From the NCBI GenBank assembly GCA_001687465.1, contig LVLI01000336.1, forward strand, positions 62,001 through 126,000: DNA of 64,000 nucleotides, written 5' to 3'. A program made the translations under genes and the position numbers. This DNA comes from Halocafeteria seosinensis (lineage: Eukaryota). The notes beneath the pieces were generated by a model that saw nothing but the letters and a program-made list of their open reading frames with translations, searched no databases and had not been told where the DNA came from. Shown here one piece after another: positions 62,807 through 64,000 of the stretch (its first letter is position 1; every line of letters starts with the position of its first letter).

Positions 62807-64000
62807 ATGATGATGGTAAATCACACAGAGACGTTTGCACATCATTCCTCTGCAGCCTCAGCCACTTCGGCAGCTGTATGGGAAGCTGGAAAGAGTGGGA
62901 ATTATGGCTTGGAGCAACAACAGCAACGCCATACTTCTAACGGTGTCATGTCCTCTTCCCCCGCTACCAAAGCCACAGAAGGACATTCGACTTCACCCTA
63001 TTTTTCAGTTGCAGCGTCGTCCGCTTCGCGAAGTGCCGGAATGGCCTCAAATTCAAATGCGCGACAGAAACGAACCACCAGTCCTTCTGCAGCTCGCTCT
63101 GGTCAGGAAGCTCACTCGACAGCGGCGGAAACAACGAGAGCATCGCATGCCACGATGAGCTCTAGTGCTGTCGGCAACAACCTTTCCCATGGGCATCAGA
63201 CTGAAAAGAAGCCGAGTCGTCATCCACCACAGAATGGGCGAATCAGCCATCAACCAATAAAGTTTCAGAAGGTGCAAATCGCCGCTCCAAAAGGTCAAGC
63301 TCCCGTTCCCAAGAAGCGAGCCGAGGATAATGAGTCTGAACTAATGGATCAATATAGACAGTCTCTAGGAACGAAAACTATGAATTGCGCCAGGGGATTG
63401 GACAACTTGGGGCACAGCTGCTTTCTAAACAGTGTTGTGCAAGCAGCATTTTTTCACAATCCAATCATGCTTCATAACTTCCTGATTGCCCACCCAGAAG
63501 ACATCTGTCAGGCATCCAGGAATGACGAACCACTCCCAGTAGCAGCAGACGTCGACACGCTCCTCGGAGAAGGCGGAGAGCGGAAGGCCAAGGGGAGCCA
63601 AGCCGGTGCTAAGCGGAAGGAGAATAGTGAAGGTGGGGATCAAGATATGGAAGAAGGACACGGATCTAGGAGGAGGATAAGCAGCTGTTTGGCTTGCGAA
63701 ATGTCCAGAGCATTCCACGAATGCATCTTGTTCCCGGTGGGAGAGCGCAATCACAGTCATGACAAACCGAATACCACAGTCAATGATGCAAACACTGATC
63801 CTGTGACGTCTACGTATCAGTATTCCAAGAAGCATAATTTTGCTACGTATAGCAAGCAACGTGATTTCGTCCTTCCGGACGAGGTTGAGGATGACGAGCG
63901 TATGGTAGATACTGATGCCCGCGCTTCCGAATTGGTCAGTGTACCATTGTTCGGTGCAATGGGACTGAGCATGTCTACCGAAGGATCCAGCGAAGAGCGG
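62807..64000 (+). CDS. Ubiquitin-specific protease (USP22/Ubp8-like), 5' part; runs off the window end and is absent from the ORF track
   Basis: Open frame from ATG 62807 to 64000; Cys box RGLDNLGHSCFLNSVVQ (Cys codon 63419) and SCLACEMSRAF. Confidence 0.88.
   Translation, partial: MMMVNHTETFAHHSSAASATSAAVWEAGKSGNYGLEQQQQRHTSNGVMSSSPATKATEGHSTSPYFSVAASSASRSAGMASNSNARQKRTTSPSAARSGQEAHSTAAETTRASHATMSSSAVGNNLSHGHQTEKKPSRHPPQNGRISHQPIKFQKVQIAAPKGQAPVPKKRAEDNESELMDQYRQSLGTKTMNCARGLDNLGHSCFLNSVVQAAFFHNPIMLHNFLIAHPEDICQASRNDEPLPVAADVDTLLGEGGERKAKGSQAGAKRKENSEGGDQDMEEGHGSRRRISSCLACEMSRAFHECILFPVGERNHSHDKPNTTVNDANTDPVTSTYQYSKKHNFATYSKQRDFVLPDEVEDDERMVDTDARASELVSVPLFGAMGLSMSTEGSSEER

Overview
This is a compact, intron-containing eukaryotic window (about 50% GC, mostly short GT-AG introns of roughly 40-110 nt, short intergenic gaps). 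The gene content suggests a flagellated protist, possibly a stramenopile; that is inference only. I can support about 22 protein-coding loci: a CaMK-like kinase, an FkbM methyltransferase, a PAPS transporter, a divergent profilin-like gene, a frameshifted ~21-repeat TPR gene, an ALDH8A1-like dehydrogenase, ANKRD13 with an inserted GOLD domain, a PAM2-RRM protein, VPS26, a giant IQ protein, an intronless prokaryote-type hypothetical gene, an SQ-cluster Kelch protein, a FAM133-like protein, the TFIIIC large subunit, a Ubl-PI4K type II kinase, an M17 aminopeptidase, an RCC1-BTB protein, a low-complexity ORF, Sen54, an MFSD12-like transporter, a SPATS1-like protein and a truncated USP. I recognised no tRNA, rRNA, CRISPR array or intact transposon. 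The best leads are two intronless, possibly laterally acquired genes (the TPR array with 4-repeat periodicity, a 1-bp frameshift and a palindromic insertion; and the 27.8-28.9 kb gene), a hidden three-exon profilin-like gene, the ANKRD13-GOLD fusion, and a CHR/MYB-like promoter ahead of the SQ/TQ-cluster Kelch gene. I found no clearly new multi-gene system. Family calls come from motif recognition by eye, not database searches, and exon boundaries are manual.
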